From Phoronis australis (lineage: Eukaryota; Animalia; Phoronida): a stretch of DNA of 64,000 nucleotides. This document shows positions 1 through 55,080 of this stretch, one piece after another. The notes under the pieces were generated by a model. It was not told where the DNA came from, did no database searches, and worked only from the letters and a program-made list of their open reading frames with translations. Where the stretch lies: contig NMRA01000499.1 of the NCBI GenBank assembly GCA_002633005.1, positions 248,001-312,000 on the forward strand. Reading direction: 5' to 3'. Positions within the stretch are counted from its first letter, which is position 1. Every line of letters begins with the position of its first letter. Both the position numbers and the translations under genes were made by a program.

Positions 1-25
1 AAGCTAGAACAGCGAGGAGTTGCTG
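1..25 (+). CDS. pepM: PEP mutase exon (partial), KLEQRGVA(G)
   Basis: Ends G|GTAAG; phase 1 matches the next exon. Confidence 0.85.
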
Positions 26-3000
26 GTAAGACACGCATGTGTAGTTAAGCTTTTCAGTGACTGTATTGATTAACGTTTAATCAATTTGCACCATTGCTTG
101 AGGAATAGACCATTTTTACGTGCTCGCAAAAATGGTTGCATGAAGTCAGCTTCACGTTGCTGTCTGCCTGTCATTACGCTTTTCACACAAACTGCTTTAG
201 TGACTACCCCTTGTTAGGTATTTTAGTTTTTCACAAAATTCTACTTGTCCGCCAATTGCAGTCATAACGGCTTGGTTTTAATGAAACTTGATACAAGTGT
301 TTATCACGGATGCGTCAGCACTAGTCAATTTTTGAGTGGATTTGACTACCGTGACACACCCCTGTTAGCTGTTTTGGTTTTCAAGAATTACCGTAAAAAC
401 TATGGTTCTATTAATTAGATGATATCACCTTTTTATTTTCAAATGGATTAGACATATTCTGTGCCACATAGTGGCCATGTTTATTATCTTCCTGTCTGTC
501 ACCAGTCGATTTTCAGCTTTGGTGTCATGGTGGCCAAATTACAGTAAAAATTCTTCAATTTGAAGCAATGAAAAATGAGTATTTTGCTCAAGGTTGGAGC
601 TTGATTTTAGAGATAGGCAATAGACAAACTTCACATTTCATACTCTTTAATGCTGCATGATATTGTGAGTATGTGTTAAAAAGAGGAGCTAAACTGGTTC
701 AAAATTGTGTGGTCTTGATTTCTACACAGATGTGAAAGGCGTTTCAGAAATACTGACCTAATTGGAAACCATCATCTTTGCTGCTGGTAACACATCACAG
801 TTTAACAGTTATCAAGTGTCATTTGCCTTTTTGTACATAAAGTGTTCATTGCTTCTCTACTGACAACTTTCACAATAGTTTTTAAGTGCAAAGATGTAGT
901 GATTCCCAATGTAGTTGATCATTCTGCATGCGAGAAGGCGGAGCTTTGTGAATGAGCAGGCTGTCTGTAACACCTAACCAACCAATCATTGCTTACTACA
1001 CCAGGTGCATGTCTTGAGGATAAGTTGTTCCCTAAGACCAACTCTCTGTTGGACGGCCGTGCTCAGCCTCTGGCTGATATCGATGAGTTTTCACTCAAGA
1101 TAAAGGTGGGTAATTGACAAACTCAGTTTTAATGCAAATGTTACAAACTATAAACTGTAGTCAAGATGATGCGAGAATCCAAAAATCGTTCCAAATTTGG
1201 CTAGCTTCAGAATGTTACAACTCCAGAAATGGCTGATCGGATTCAAATGAAACTATACTTTATGTGTTGTTCTCTAAAACGCAGCTAGGAATCAAAATGT
1301 TCTGATTTACATGCACTGTCAAACGTTTCGCTGAACTCCAGTCAATCCTCATCAGTGACTGCACAACCAATAAATGGTTCTACAGTAAACCACAGTGCAT
1401 CACCTCACAACATGCAATCACATCAAGACTATAGATGGAGCTGTGTTGATGAACTCTGTATGTTACATACGACGACTGTAATGTTTTTATGGTAGTATAG
1501 GATCCTGGAAAAATGTCCAAATATGGCAAACTTTGGAACATCATGTCTCAGAAATGACAAACCAGATAACTATGAAACTTTGCTTTGTGCACTGTTTTCG
1601 AAGTATTTTAGGAATTGTTTAAAAATGTTGCACTTTTTTGCACAAGGGGTTATCAAATAAAGGACGTCTTGATTTTTATAAAACAACTTTTAAGTTGCAC
1701 ACAATGAAAATGAAATATTTTAGAAAACTGTAACTATGTTTGTGAGATCTCAACTTGAACATTTATATCAAATAAAATTTGATCATGTTATTGATACCGT
1801 CGTTTTGCTATCAATGTACCTAACTTTTTTTCTAAATATTACTAAAAAGTCATGGTCACGTGATCCAATTAACGGCAGATTGAAAAAGTCAAAAATCAAA
1901 TTCTACGGGTTTTCTTCTTTCAGAAATTATGTTTTTACCGAGTTAAAATTTATAGTTTTGTAGATTTTAAGCCAAATATGCAAACTTGTTAAGAAGGTTC
2001 CACATAACCTTAGGATTTCTTCTTGAACATTTTTTAAAGCAAAAGAAGTTTGGTGTTGTTGTTGACACCATTGTTCTGTTATGGGTGTACGTAGTAGACT
2101 ACCTTTTTATGAAAAAAGACATTGCCACTTGACAGATTTGTATAAAGTAAAAATCTCAATTCTACAGGCATTTTACTTTCTTTGTTAAGTTCTATAATTT
2201 TTGATTTTTGATGATATTGGGCACAGACGTTGTGACAAGGACACATAGGTCAGGAATGCTGTGCTGTTGCTGTCTTTGTGTAGTGTGCATGAGTCAGCAT
2301 TGATAACCTGCTTTGCTGCTGCGTGTATCATGTCTTATGAGTTAGTATCATAACTGATAAGCAAATGCATTATGTAGTTTTGGTTGTGACCTGCACAATT
2401 CAGCGTGTCCTTGAATTCTTGTTGATGGCTTGTGTCTAGTCTTGTGCTGGTCACTGTAACGTAGACGGAAGTGTTGTTCCAGTGCTTATCAGAGTGCCAT
2501 TTTGATGGTGCTTTTACACGGGTATAAAAACTAGTTCTAAGTGCTGGCATTTTTGTTGCGAAAATTATAGCTTCTTTTCAACAATATCCAGCTCATAAGG
2601 TCACAAAGTTTTGTCCCAGTCACGTGTAGTCTGCTGAGCACGTCCAACTTACTGCCAACAAAACTGGCTCTCAGTCTGTGAGGTCATTATTACAAGTGCA
2701 AGTTGCACCAAGACAGTTTCTATATGTAAAAAGTAGAGCAAGTCACTCTTTATCCTATCAGTCCCCTTATTCTTCTAACAGGTATACAAAATTTCCCAAT
2801 GACTCATAACCATGTAACAAACATTACAGTGAGTGTTGGTGTCAGTGATGGTTACCGGTGGATACGAGGATTAGATATATTCAAGGGCCTGTGATTCTTC
2901 CAGTGAGGTCACATGTCCCACAACACTTAATAGATATTAAATATTTTGTCAGGCATGCAAGGATACACAGAGTGACCCCAACTTTTGCATTGTTGCTAGA

Positions 3001-5518
3001 GTGGAGGCCTTCATCGCTGGCTGGGGACTAGATGAGGCGCTGCGTCGAGCTGAAGCCTACCGCAATGCTGGTAAATGCCTGCTTTAGACTTTGCCTGTTG
3101 TCCAAACTCACATGACAGCTGACGTCAATTGCTGAGTTTGACTGCATTGTTTTACAAGTGATTTGTGCAATGTTGGGCCGTTTTTGTGTGCATCTTATTG
3201 ACAAGGGTATTGTGGGAAATGGAATGATGAAGATGGATATGATTGAATGTTAAATGTTAGGTCATGTTAAGGTTGTACCCTGCCATCTGGTGTTAGAACC
3301 TCTTGTTAATAGTGCTATGAATCCATGTTCTATCAAAGAAACTAACTTTTGATTTACTTCACTTTGCACTCTTAATCTGGGGTCTGTTCTAAGAAAACTG
3401 ACTTAGCTATGACAAATCCTAAACGTATGTCAATATAAAGATACAACTTAAGTTTTCTTAAGTCCGTTCCAAGAAAGTGATGTTAAGGTTGACTTAGTTT
3501 GTGATTAAGTGTTGTCTTAAGTTTGATATAACTCACTGGATGTGAAAGTTTCAGAGTTTGGAGGTTGAGACAAATCTAAGACTTAAGTCAAAAATGAACT
3601 TAAGTTGGCTTCTTGGAACGGGCTTCTGGTCTCCACTCATTCATTTCTCAGTTGATATTTGACCCCTGGGCTTTGAATGAACGGGTAATTCGTCATGCTT
3701 GAGACCTAGCTGAGCTCATAAAATGACCGACTATGACAAGTCTACTGGCTGAGCCTGGTCTCGACCCATAATGAACTGTCAGTTCTTTTCCAAAACCAGA
3801 TGTCAGTAGGGAACGAGTTGTTCAAATTAAAAATAGAATTTTTACAAAAGACAGATTTACAGCAAGTTAGATATCTTAGTGTCCTGAGGCTGTGGAATGT
3901 CCGACTCTGGTATAATGATAATTACAGTGAATATTCTCCATTTTTGCAGTCCCACAAATTGCACTGCTGTAGGAGCTATGTTCTAAATTTTCGTGTGTTG
4001 CAATTACTCAAACGTTTGCTGTTTGTCGTTTGAGAATTTCCGTAATACGTACATGTATTTTCGTTCAGTATTTTTTCACTAAATAAGCGTATTTCCGCTT
4101 TATTGTACGCAGTTGATGTCCAGTTATTGCTACTTATTTGCTACCGTGTGTATTTAGGCGCAGATGCCATTTTGATGCACAGCAAGAAGAGTGACCCATC
4201 TGATATTGAGGCTTTCATGAAGGCTTGGAATAACCAGGTGGGTTGCAGTCAATGTGTTGACTGTGTGGTTGTATTTTGTTGTTCATGTTGACCAGCTGTC
4301 CATTCATTGTTAATAACGTAGTGATGAAGCTTTTACTCAACAGCTGTGGAACTGAAATTGCATTGAAGGTCTGCTCCATGACTAGATAATTAGTCAAAAT
4401 ATGACCGCTTCTTAATCTGTTTCAAAGTGTTTCTTCACCTTGACTTAGTTGTAATTAAAGATTCCTTTCACAAATAGGTGTACAAAGCCTGCATGATGCT
4501 GCTCAGTCAATCTAATAGTTTCATTGTGTTGTTTTTACATCCACTACTGCCCCCTGTTGGTTGTGCCCACAAAGTACTACCCAGTCAACCTTATAGTCCC
4601 ATTTTGTTCTTTACACCCACTAGGGCCCCGTGGTGATTGTACCCACTAAGTACTACTCGGTCCCTACTGATCACTTCCGTGACCTGGGCGTGTCTATGAT
4701 TATCTGGGCCAATCACAACCTCCGAGCATGCGTGACTGCCATGCAAAACACCACCCAGCAGATCTTCAAGGACCAATCATTAGTGAATGTTGAGAAAAAC
4801 GTAAGTACAATGTTTGGATATAGTGTGACAGTGGTTGTTTAATGAATTCTCTTTGTAATATTGTCAAGATATTGTGATATTGTCAAGATATTACCTATTA
4901 ATAAAATAACAGTAACTGAAATTTATCTTTTATTACATTGTTCCTGTTTGTGTAGTAGTTTTCAGAACAGTTGTCAAAGTTAGTCTGCTTTGTCAAAGTT
5001 TTGGCAAAATCTGTAGGAAAAATAACACAGTAAAAATTCTCCAATTTGGATTAGGCTTTAGAATTTGGAACACAGAAACTCCCACAAAATTGATTTTCTG
5101 CATTCTGTAATTTGGGACAAGGGCAATTTTGGCATTCATCATATTTCTCAAATTTTGGACTATGTGTTTTCAATTTACAGAGTGGGTAATTTTGTCATCG
5201 TTCTGGTGGCTCTTGAATTCGAGATGCCATTATTGTCCGTTTCTAGAAATTGGGATAAGATCCGGGCTTGAGCAAAATAATTAAGTTTTCACAGTCCCAA
5301 ATTGGAGAATTTTTACCGTAATCACTTCTTCGTAATTAGTGGAGGATGAGTCGCAAATATCTGCTTCGAAATTTTACCGATTTTAGGCGAGGCAGAGTAT
5401 GGTCAAGTTGTCATTTTATTCTGCGTATTTACAGATTGCTGCTGTCAAGGAAGTGTTCCGTCTACAGAATGATCATGAACTAGTTGATGCTGAAGATCGC
5501 TATCTACCAAAGAATTAG
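1..5518 (+). CDS. pepM: Phosphoenolpyruvate mutase (PEP phosphomutase), 5'-truncated spliced gene; exons 1-25, 1005-1105, 2953-3070, 4158-4237, 4624-4800, 5435-5518
   Basis: The exons join in frame at GT-AG sites into [33 protein letters not shown]...[16 protein letters not shown]...[11 protein letters not shown]...[10 protein letters not shown]...IWANHNLRA...EDRYLPKN*. This contains the EDKxxxxxNS PEP mutase signature and closely resembles mussel PEP mutase as I recall it. Confidence 0.95.
1005..1105 (+). CDS. pepM: PEP mutase exon [14 protein letters not shown]...LKIK
   Basis: CAG| acceptor, AAG|GTGGGT donor, 101 nt; carries the EDKxxxxxNS motif. Confidence 0.93.
1500..1940. repeat. Dispersed repeat, homologous in reverse orientation to ~55810-56210
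   Basis: Shared blocks such as TGGTCACGTGA, CATG(A/G)TCAAATTTT(A/G)TTTGATATAAA and TTTGATA(A/G)CCCCTT(G/A)TGCAAAA; boundaries approximate. Confidence 0.6.
2953..3070 (+). CDS. pepM: PEP mutase exon [39 protein letters not shown](G)
   Basis: CAG| and G|GTAAAT, 118 nt, in phase with neighbours. Confidence 0.93.
3381..3624. mobile_element. Degenerate MITE-like element
   Basis: Imperfect terminal inverted repeats GTCTGTTCTAAGAAAACTGACTTA ... TAAGTTGGCTTCTTGGAACGGGC, with internal CTTAAG palindromes. Confidence 0.45.
4158..4237 (+). CDS. pepM: PEP mutase exon [27 protein letters not shown]
   Basis: TAG| and CAG|GTGGGT, 80 nt. Confidence 0.93.
4624..4800 (+). CDS. pepM: PEP mutase exon [11 protein letters not shown]...VNVEKN
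   Basis: TAG| and AAC|GTAAGT, 177 nt. Confidence 0.93.
5027..5319. mobile_element. MITE with CAGT-starting TIRs; family has further copies at ~21070-21344 (inverted) and ~540-615 (partial)
   Basis: TIR ACAGTAAAAATTCTCCAATTTGG ... CCAAATTGGAGAATTTTTACCGT; the interior matches the reverse complement of 21103-21140. Confidence 0.7.
5435..5518 (+). CDS. pepM: PEP mutase last coding exon [27 protein letters not shown]
   Basis: CAG| acceptor; TAG stop at 5516-5518. Confidence 0.92.
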   Translation: MAAVKEVFRLQNDHELVDAEDRYLPKN

Positions 5519-7192
5519 ACTGCTTACTGCTAGGTATCATTTTGTATACTAAAACATTTAGAGGATAATAACCACAGTCGGATGAGAATGCCTCATCAGC
5601 ATTTAGATTTAATCGTAAAACCATGATCATAAAAACAAACAGTGACTTCATGTTGAATTCCAAGTCTCATCTTTACCAAAGTTGAGGTTTAAATGGGCTA
5701 GTGGTTCTGTTGAGATACTTCTCAACTCATTCCTTGGAGGAGGCTCCTCCTGGTGATGATTTTGATATTACTGAGGTTTCAACAATACTGCTAGTACTCA
5801 ACACAAGACTAATGAGCACCATCAACTGTTCTAAGCAAGAAAACTTAAGTCATCTGGATGTTTTACTATCATCAGGTGTGTCATAGCTCTCTTCACCCAT
5901 TTTTTGCCAGTAAATGAAGGTGGATATTCCTCCACTTGTAGAGTGATGGTAGAAGAGTTCTAGTCAAACCTCACCACATCATACCTTGTTCAGAATTGTG
6001 ACCGACTACAAAACCCAATTTGACCTAATGTACGAGTCTTCTCTAGTTACAACAAACTATCATTACCACTTACTGATTTCGAAGAAACCTTGATGTCTGT
6101 TGTAATGAGGTTAGACTGTTCGGTTTTCTCAGTGGTCTTGCCAATGTGTAACATAATATAGAATTAAATCGTAATGATCTATTGTGGTTCCAGATTTGCA
6201 AACTATGGTGTAGCTCCTCGTTAAAAAACTTTTAGGATAATCCGGGATTTAGTGTGGGTGGTCAGAGTCCACTTAGTGCCGATTAGTGTTGTGTGTTGAA
6301 ATGTCAATAAGGGTTTATAATGCAGGTTAAGCTTCACTTCTAGCTGTGTTAGATCATTGGGGTTGAAATGGGACGCTTCAGTGGGGCAAAATGAGNTCTC
6401 ATCTGTTTAGCTACAACTCTAGCGTTCATCCATTGAAATTACCAGTGTTTCCGCCACTCATCTAAACCTAGTGTTTATGAACTTTGGGTACGAGATCCCA
6501 TAGAGAGCGCAGATGCCATTGATTTTCATTTATTCCCAACAACTATGAGGCCCTGTAGTGGCAATGTTATTTTTCGTGTTTGCCTCGATATCTACCAAGT
6601 ATCTAGTCAAATCTTCGTGAAGTTTGGCCGATGTGCTGCTACAGAGCGTGACTGGTGTTGATTGTTAGACAAATCAGATTACTGTCACATTGGTGCTCCC
6701 TATTGGGTTTGCTTCAACTTTGCATCTGCCTCACTATCAAAAAGTTCTTCAATGAGTCTTCATGAACTTTGACCATTATGTGAGATTACAGTTGATGTTG
6801 ATTTTCAGATAGATCTGAGTACCGTGAAAACATTTGAAGAAATTAATTAGCAATTGATGACATTAATTAGCTCACCGTATATCTTTTCCTTTTGCGATGC
6901 TCATGGAGGGCACATATCAGTGCTGTGCATTGCTCATGTATGCTTCTGTATTGTCATTCCTTTTGATGGTTAGATTACAGGGTTTGGACATAGTGACTGT
7001 CCTGCATATGGTAATGTAGTGCATTTAGATCTAATATCATCTTTGCAGAAGAAAATTTTGGTTCATTCATACATGATCGTTTCTGTATAAGATGTCAGCT
7101 TTCTTATAATTGTGTACACGAGTGAATCTCATTGGTACAAATATGATTTCGTATCTATTTTTCGAAATGTAAAATTTTATTATTTTATGAGT

Positions 7193-7198
7193 AATAAA
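7193..7198 (+). terminator. Candidate polyadenylation signal of the PEP mutase gene
   Basis: AATAAA in a U-rich context about 1.7 kb after the stop, followed by a GT-rich tract. Confidence 0.45.
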
Positions 7199-7243
7199 TA
7201 TAATCTAGAATTTTAGCAATACTGTGCTTGGTTTTAGAAAACA

Positions 7244-7253
7244 TTTATTTATT
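7244..7253 (-). terminator. Candidate distal polyadenylation signal of SERCA
   Basis: Two overlapping AATAAA on the minus strand (plus TTTATTTATT), where the strand base skew switches. Confidence 0.4.
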
Positions 7254-10200
7254 AAATCTAATCAACAACTTGTCTTAAAAGTACAAAATGCACTACCTTG
7301 TAATCCTGTCAACACTACTGGTGCTAGTCATAGATCTCTGTGACCATACTAGTCTTTCATTCTTTGTGTTCTTAACATGCATGCCATCATAGACTATAGT
7401 ACATGGACCGCCAACTCCGTATACTTTCAATGGACGAAATCTGTGCTCTTACACAAGCAATGATGTCATTATTCACTAGCGACATCAACATCAGGCCAAA
7501 TTACCTGGTTTTATTTCCGGCAAGTACGTCATCTGCTAATCATGGTCGGGTGTTGTGTCGTCACAATACACAAACCGGAAACTGAAACAGATAATTTAGG
7601 AGAGTGGTGCCTCCTTTAGGATAGTACGCAAGAAAATGTTGCGAATCTGTTGTCTGTAATCTATGATGCCATCAACTTTTGCCTTTCCACTGATAACTTA
7701 AGACACCTTAATATACCATTTTTGTCTAATCTTCTAATATTTGGTCTTTGTCAATAAGGAAAAGAAAAGTATGGTCACATTCTCAAAATATACCATAAGA
7801 GCTAGAAACAATCCTTAAGAAATGGTATAAATTAACAACTTAGGTCAGAAATCTGACGTTCTTCATCAAACATGGAAGCTCTCCACACAATAGGGACCTT
7901 ACATAATGTTTTAAACACGCCACGTTATCTAGTCACACAAAGAACATTAATTCGTTAATAGTAGCCGCCTCACCTCCGACCACATACCTTTGATTTCGAC
8001 ACCACTTTTTTGATCAATTCTGATCAGTCAAAAACTACATTAATCAGTTAGAGAGGGACCCGTTGTGACCACTGCCTGGAACATACTGTACAGTACTGTG
8101 CTCCTCGGTAACGACTATGCCGTCCAATCGCAGATATGTAAACGTGCAATAGGTCCTTCAAATCAATCACAATCTGAACATTAGCTCATTTTACTATTAC
8201 CAACTGGACAACCTTTGTAAACAGTTTGAGACGATAATCTCAAAACAGCATACCTGAATAGTGACAGAATAGTTAATAAAACATGAACATAAAACAAAGA
8301 ATATCTGATAATTAAAGGAATAATACAAATGCCCCTAAGAGGCAGTTTAGTTTTGTTTAAGGATGCCAGGCCCTGCAGGACAAACTGGTGAGTGTGGTTA
8401 TCGAACATACAAAAGAACAGTTCTGTCCCCAATATAAAGTTCGTGAATCTGTACAGCCTATCTACCACAGCTAACACATCATTGCATAAAGCCTCGAAGA
8501 TGAATCACTAGTAATGTCTACACGTGAATGGCCTGGAAGATGGAACCGTGTTTTACCACAACAAATATATGCATACAACACTCCCGCAAACCCTAAATAA
8601 TAAATAGGAAATACTGTGACAGTAAATATACCTCTCACTTACTACAACACAAAATGTACTCGCGGCGCATTCGTTAATTAGTTTTTTAACTTTTTTTCAC
8701 AGAATGTTGATGAATTTTGCTTACAAGAAATTAAACGTGAAACAAGCCGACAACTACAGAAGCTCAGCGCAGACATCTCGTGAATAGAAACATCACTGAG
8801 AACATGCCACAGCCTATGCATAAAGAGAAGATGCATTCAATAACAGCTTAATAACACAGCTGCAATACACTCGAGTCTAACAGAAACAAATTTTGAGAAC
8901 AAAGAACTTATTCATTCGAGCAGCATCAGATGTACAGGGTTTTGCCAAAAACGCTTCTAGGAGTTATTTTGATTCGTTTTGATTTTTTTCTCATTAAGCC
9001 CCACACAGCACCTTGTTTAAAAATCGAAAATTGTTTCATTCCTAATCATTCATCCATGAACCGAATGAGTTCAACGACCGGTTCAACGGGAAGACTAATT
9101 GCCACTGCAACCACTGCATGGGACTTGAAGGTAAAATACAATACTAATCTTGCCATCATGTCAGCACTTGATGAAACATTGCACCAAACAGATGTCATGT
9201 GTAACATAAGCACAAGCTGATATGTGTGTTATAACACATCTCCAAGCAAGTCACTGGTCTACTCTGGTGAATACAAGTACTCCTAATGTAACACCCTTGT
9301 GCACGTTTTCACACATTGTCTTAGTTTTTCTTCTTTGAGGCGGGCTCTTTTGGAGCTGCAAACAGAACAAAATGTGCTGATAGAAAACATATCCACAAAA
9401 TGCAAGAGCCAACAAGAAACATGTAGACAAGATGCATTAGTCAATAATATGGCTATAAAATGCTTGAGAACTTCATATTCATCAGCTGGTGCTAAGAAAC
9501 ATTCGGTCACCTTTTATTTCACACAAGGCAAGGGATGGTGATCCCAGGTTACTACCTCGATGTATCCAGCCATTTACCAAGAACCATTGTATCACAGGCT
9601 AAAGTTATTCAACGTTTCCATTTCATTAACCACCCAAATTTTTCCCAAAGGAAAATATCCCTTCCCTCAATGACAACACAACTTCTTTCCAAACATAAAA
9701 GCCGATTTTATACAAATAGTTTCGGTGCCAGATTTTAGTATTTTTGTTTGAAATACAGAGAAGTTACGGCACACGTAAACCTGACGAAATATAAAATGAA
9801 AGTGATAACAATATTTCGGACTATCGTCGTCTGAATAACAACATCCAAAGTTGTCACGTAACTTGCCAAACTACATCAACAATTTCATTACAACATTAAT
9901 ATCACTTAATAACTGTAATTCTATGGGTACAGACCGAGTCAAAAACGCAGAAATAAGACAAAAAGCTTTAACAGAAAAAAGTTGGTCAATGTGAATACAT
10001 ACCAGGTGCATGAAACACGGACTACACTTGTCATGCATGTCTTGATTTACACTACTATGGTGCAGAACGGTACTAAACAAGTCATTCTATAGATGAAACT
10101 TGAAACTACATCAAAAGGTGGATTAATGTGGTTATTATGGACAATGTTTTGTTTGGTGTTTGTGTAAATCTGCTACGGTGAAAGTGGAGACCTGGGTGAA

Positions 10201-11327
10201 GGAATATGTCTAAGTTAGCATCTGATAAGGGAACACTGCAAAGTTTTCAGAATAGTGCAGGTGTTGGGGTTTTTAAAGAGATGGTAGTGTGGATTGTAGA
10301 TATATGTGCATAGTTTACAAACCCATGAATAGATTAAGGAGTACATAAGTGTACTAATTTACACTAGATCATGTTTTGGCACGAGAACCAAATGGAAGAG
10401 TAAGTCTGCTGGAAGTGGTTTAAGTAGCTTCAGCCCAGCCCACAGTCAGTGTGCCATGCATGCAGAGACAAAGCCTTAAGATGTAGTAACAGAAGAGCAC
10501 AGAACCAGTGGCTTTGTCAGACCAGTGTCTTCATCAACTTAACTGCACAAAAACTGGACAGTGGCCAGTATGTAGTCATGGCAATAGAAACCACAGTTCA
10601 TAATATCTTTACAAAACCAACTAAGGCCCACTGAATTCATAATTTATTTTCAACAATATTTGTCAACCAGATATTACAAAACCATAGTTGGTATAGATCA
10701 CAACTGACTTGTTTAACTGTACAAAGTTTAATACATCAAACAAAGACGACCAATTAAAAAGCCTAGTGGTTCTGACTACCACACTCAGTTCAGATCAATG
10801 GTTCTCAGACAGTCTTTAAATGACAACCCCTTTCAATGACCAGCAGGTCTGAAGGTGATTTCAGTATAAAAACTGACAGAATTCATAAACCATAAGTGGT
10901 GAAGGCCAGTCTGAGAACCATGGACTGTTAAACCCTGACTACCACTTGACAACAGCAAAGTTGCCCACACCACCACAACATGCAGTCACTTAAAAACAAG
11001 CAAAACAAACACTCCCCAGGTTATGAATGTGATTGCAAGTGCAGTTATGTGTGAAAAAACATCACACAAGGGTCTATGTGATACTAATTCAGTGAACATA
11101 ATTGATTATAAAACCGTTCTAATGGCAAATGTGTATCCAATCAACTCGATGATTTTTTAAATTCATGTGTATACACACATTGCCGAGAGCAGACAATTCA
11201 TTTCAAACAAGAGTAATCAAGAAATGTACGGAAAATTAACACTGAAATAACAATATAGTAATTTGGGACTACTTAATACAGTGAATTTGTTTACAAAATA
11301 CAAGAGTTGATACCAGAAAATGAAAGC

Positions 11328-11356
11328 TCATGACACTTCGCCCACAACGTCAACAG
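11328..11356 (-). CDS. SERCA: Candidate alternative terminal SERCA exon giving the short tail ...IAD-AVDVVGEVS*
   Basis: Pyrimidine-rich acceptor GTCTCTCTTCAG, phase-compatible with the internal donor at 12753; not verified. Confidence 0.35.
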
Positions 11357-12669
11357 CTGAAGAGAGACGCATTATATCTCTGTCTAGCCAACCCACAAAT
11401 ACTGCAGCCAGTTAAGACAGACACACACCCCGGGACAGAAGGTGAACAATGAGATACATCAGACTAGACACACAGCCAGGTGCTTGCAGTCAGTAGGGGA
11501 TCACACCAAGATTAATGCAAAGGTCATGAGCTTTCGCACACACCAGTATCCTGCAAGTCAGAGGGCGTGCTAATATAATAGACTAGAGGTTTGGGGGTGA
11601 AACGAAGCTACTAGTTAAAATTGGTATGAATGACTACACAAGTCCATTACAAGCCAGTACACTAGATAACAGCGTTAAAACATCCTAATTCAAGACGCTC
11701 TCTGACTTCAAATTGGCAAAATGAAACTTTTCAGTCATGAACACGCATTTTAGGTTAACAGACAATTCTTCAGCTTCTCACATTTGGTGGGTTTTCATAC
11801 TTTGAAAATACCACCAAATTTTAACTTTAATCAGAACCCTAGGACATGCGTTCTTGACTGTACAAGTTTACAAACCCTGCACAGGAAGGACACTGAGTAT
11901 TGAATATACCTATGTACAAACAAGTTTACCACAGAAATAAAACAGCAAAAAGTGTCACCAAAAATGCCACAGTGAACAAACATAAATATTACGCCAAACA
12001 GAAAAAGTGGTCCCCTTTTCAACTCCAGTTTTACTACACTGTGTATAAATCGCCACTCTACAGCATGTTTTGACCCATCTTTCCGGAGTCGTTACATCAC
12101 ACAAGCTCATAACATATTCATAATGACGGTTACTAGAAAAGGCTGTTTAAAATTGAATCCCAATTGTACTGACAATGCAACAGCCATTTTGACCTTAGAT
12201 AAGAAGAAACACGGCGACATTATACTGTTTACTAATGAATACACACTGATTGGCGTAAACAATTTCTTAATAATTTTTTAAAATTCGATGAGCTTGGAGG
12301 TTGGAAAACATGTAACAGACAGTACGGACACAGTTCGAAAGCAACAGGGGAAAACTGGCTACCTAATGTAGTAGTGGTGGCAGCAAATAGTCAGTAGCTT
12401 GCACAGCAGTACTTGGTGAAGAAACCAAACAGTTATATTCGTTAAAATATGTGTTCAGTGTCTACAGGCTTAAATTAGAAGATAAAAACTGCGTTAAAAT
12501 ACTACACAACCCTGAGCTTGTTCCAAGTTACATGTTAAGTATTTGCTTCAATTTGAGACCTGAAAACATTTTCTAAACAGTCACGAGAGCTAACTCTGTC
12601 TGGTTCCTTCACACGCATACACGCGTACACTCGAAAGGGGGCGGGATCACTACCAGTTGTGGTGAAGAG

Positions 12670-54520
<41,851 letters not shown>

Positions 54521-54967
54521 ATTTCACCGAGTTTTCGGTGGTAAGCAGTTTAAAACACAAATGTTTTGCTTTTAAGCTCACGATACAGTTCTTCTAAGTG
54601 ACAATATGTACAGCCCGGCTTCAGGAGTTTTTAGAGTTCCAATATTTAACTGCCAAGCTGGCCTCGAAATGTACAGAAATGGAACTGCACTCTGATCGTG
54701 TGTGCGAGTGGAAATTTTGGGTTGTTCTAACGTACGGAGGTAACTCACGTTGACATGTTTCACTTACGTTGCCATTTTCAGCAAAATAGTTGAAAACTTG
54801 CGTGTCTTTTTTATATTTAAGTAATAAACAAACAAATAGTACTGCTTAAAGGTAAGAATGCAAAAGTAAGATGTCATTAAGTACTTTCGTGCAAACCTAA
54901 CACCCCTAATGAAGATCAATGACTATTATAGACTTCACGAGTGATAAAAGCTACCACGAGTACCGAA

Positions 54968-55006
54968 TGTGGATTAACTTGATTGGTCTATTTTGTGATG
55001 ACGTCA
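54968..55006 (-). promoter_or_regulatory. SERCA proximal promoter: ERSE (CCAAT-N9-CCACA, 54968-54986) and CRE (TGACGTCA, 54999-55006)
   Basis: Minus strand CCAAT-CAAGTTAAT-CCACA, about 450 nt upstream of the ATG; TATAAT-like box near 54925-54930. Confidence 0.65.
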
Positions 55007-55080
55007 ACCTCCATATTTACGCAGTTCACTTCCAACTAAAAGACGCACACTATTCGTCTTTACTGAGGAACACAATCTAT

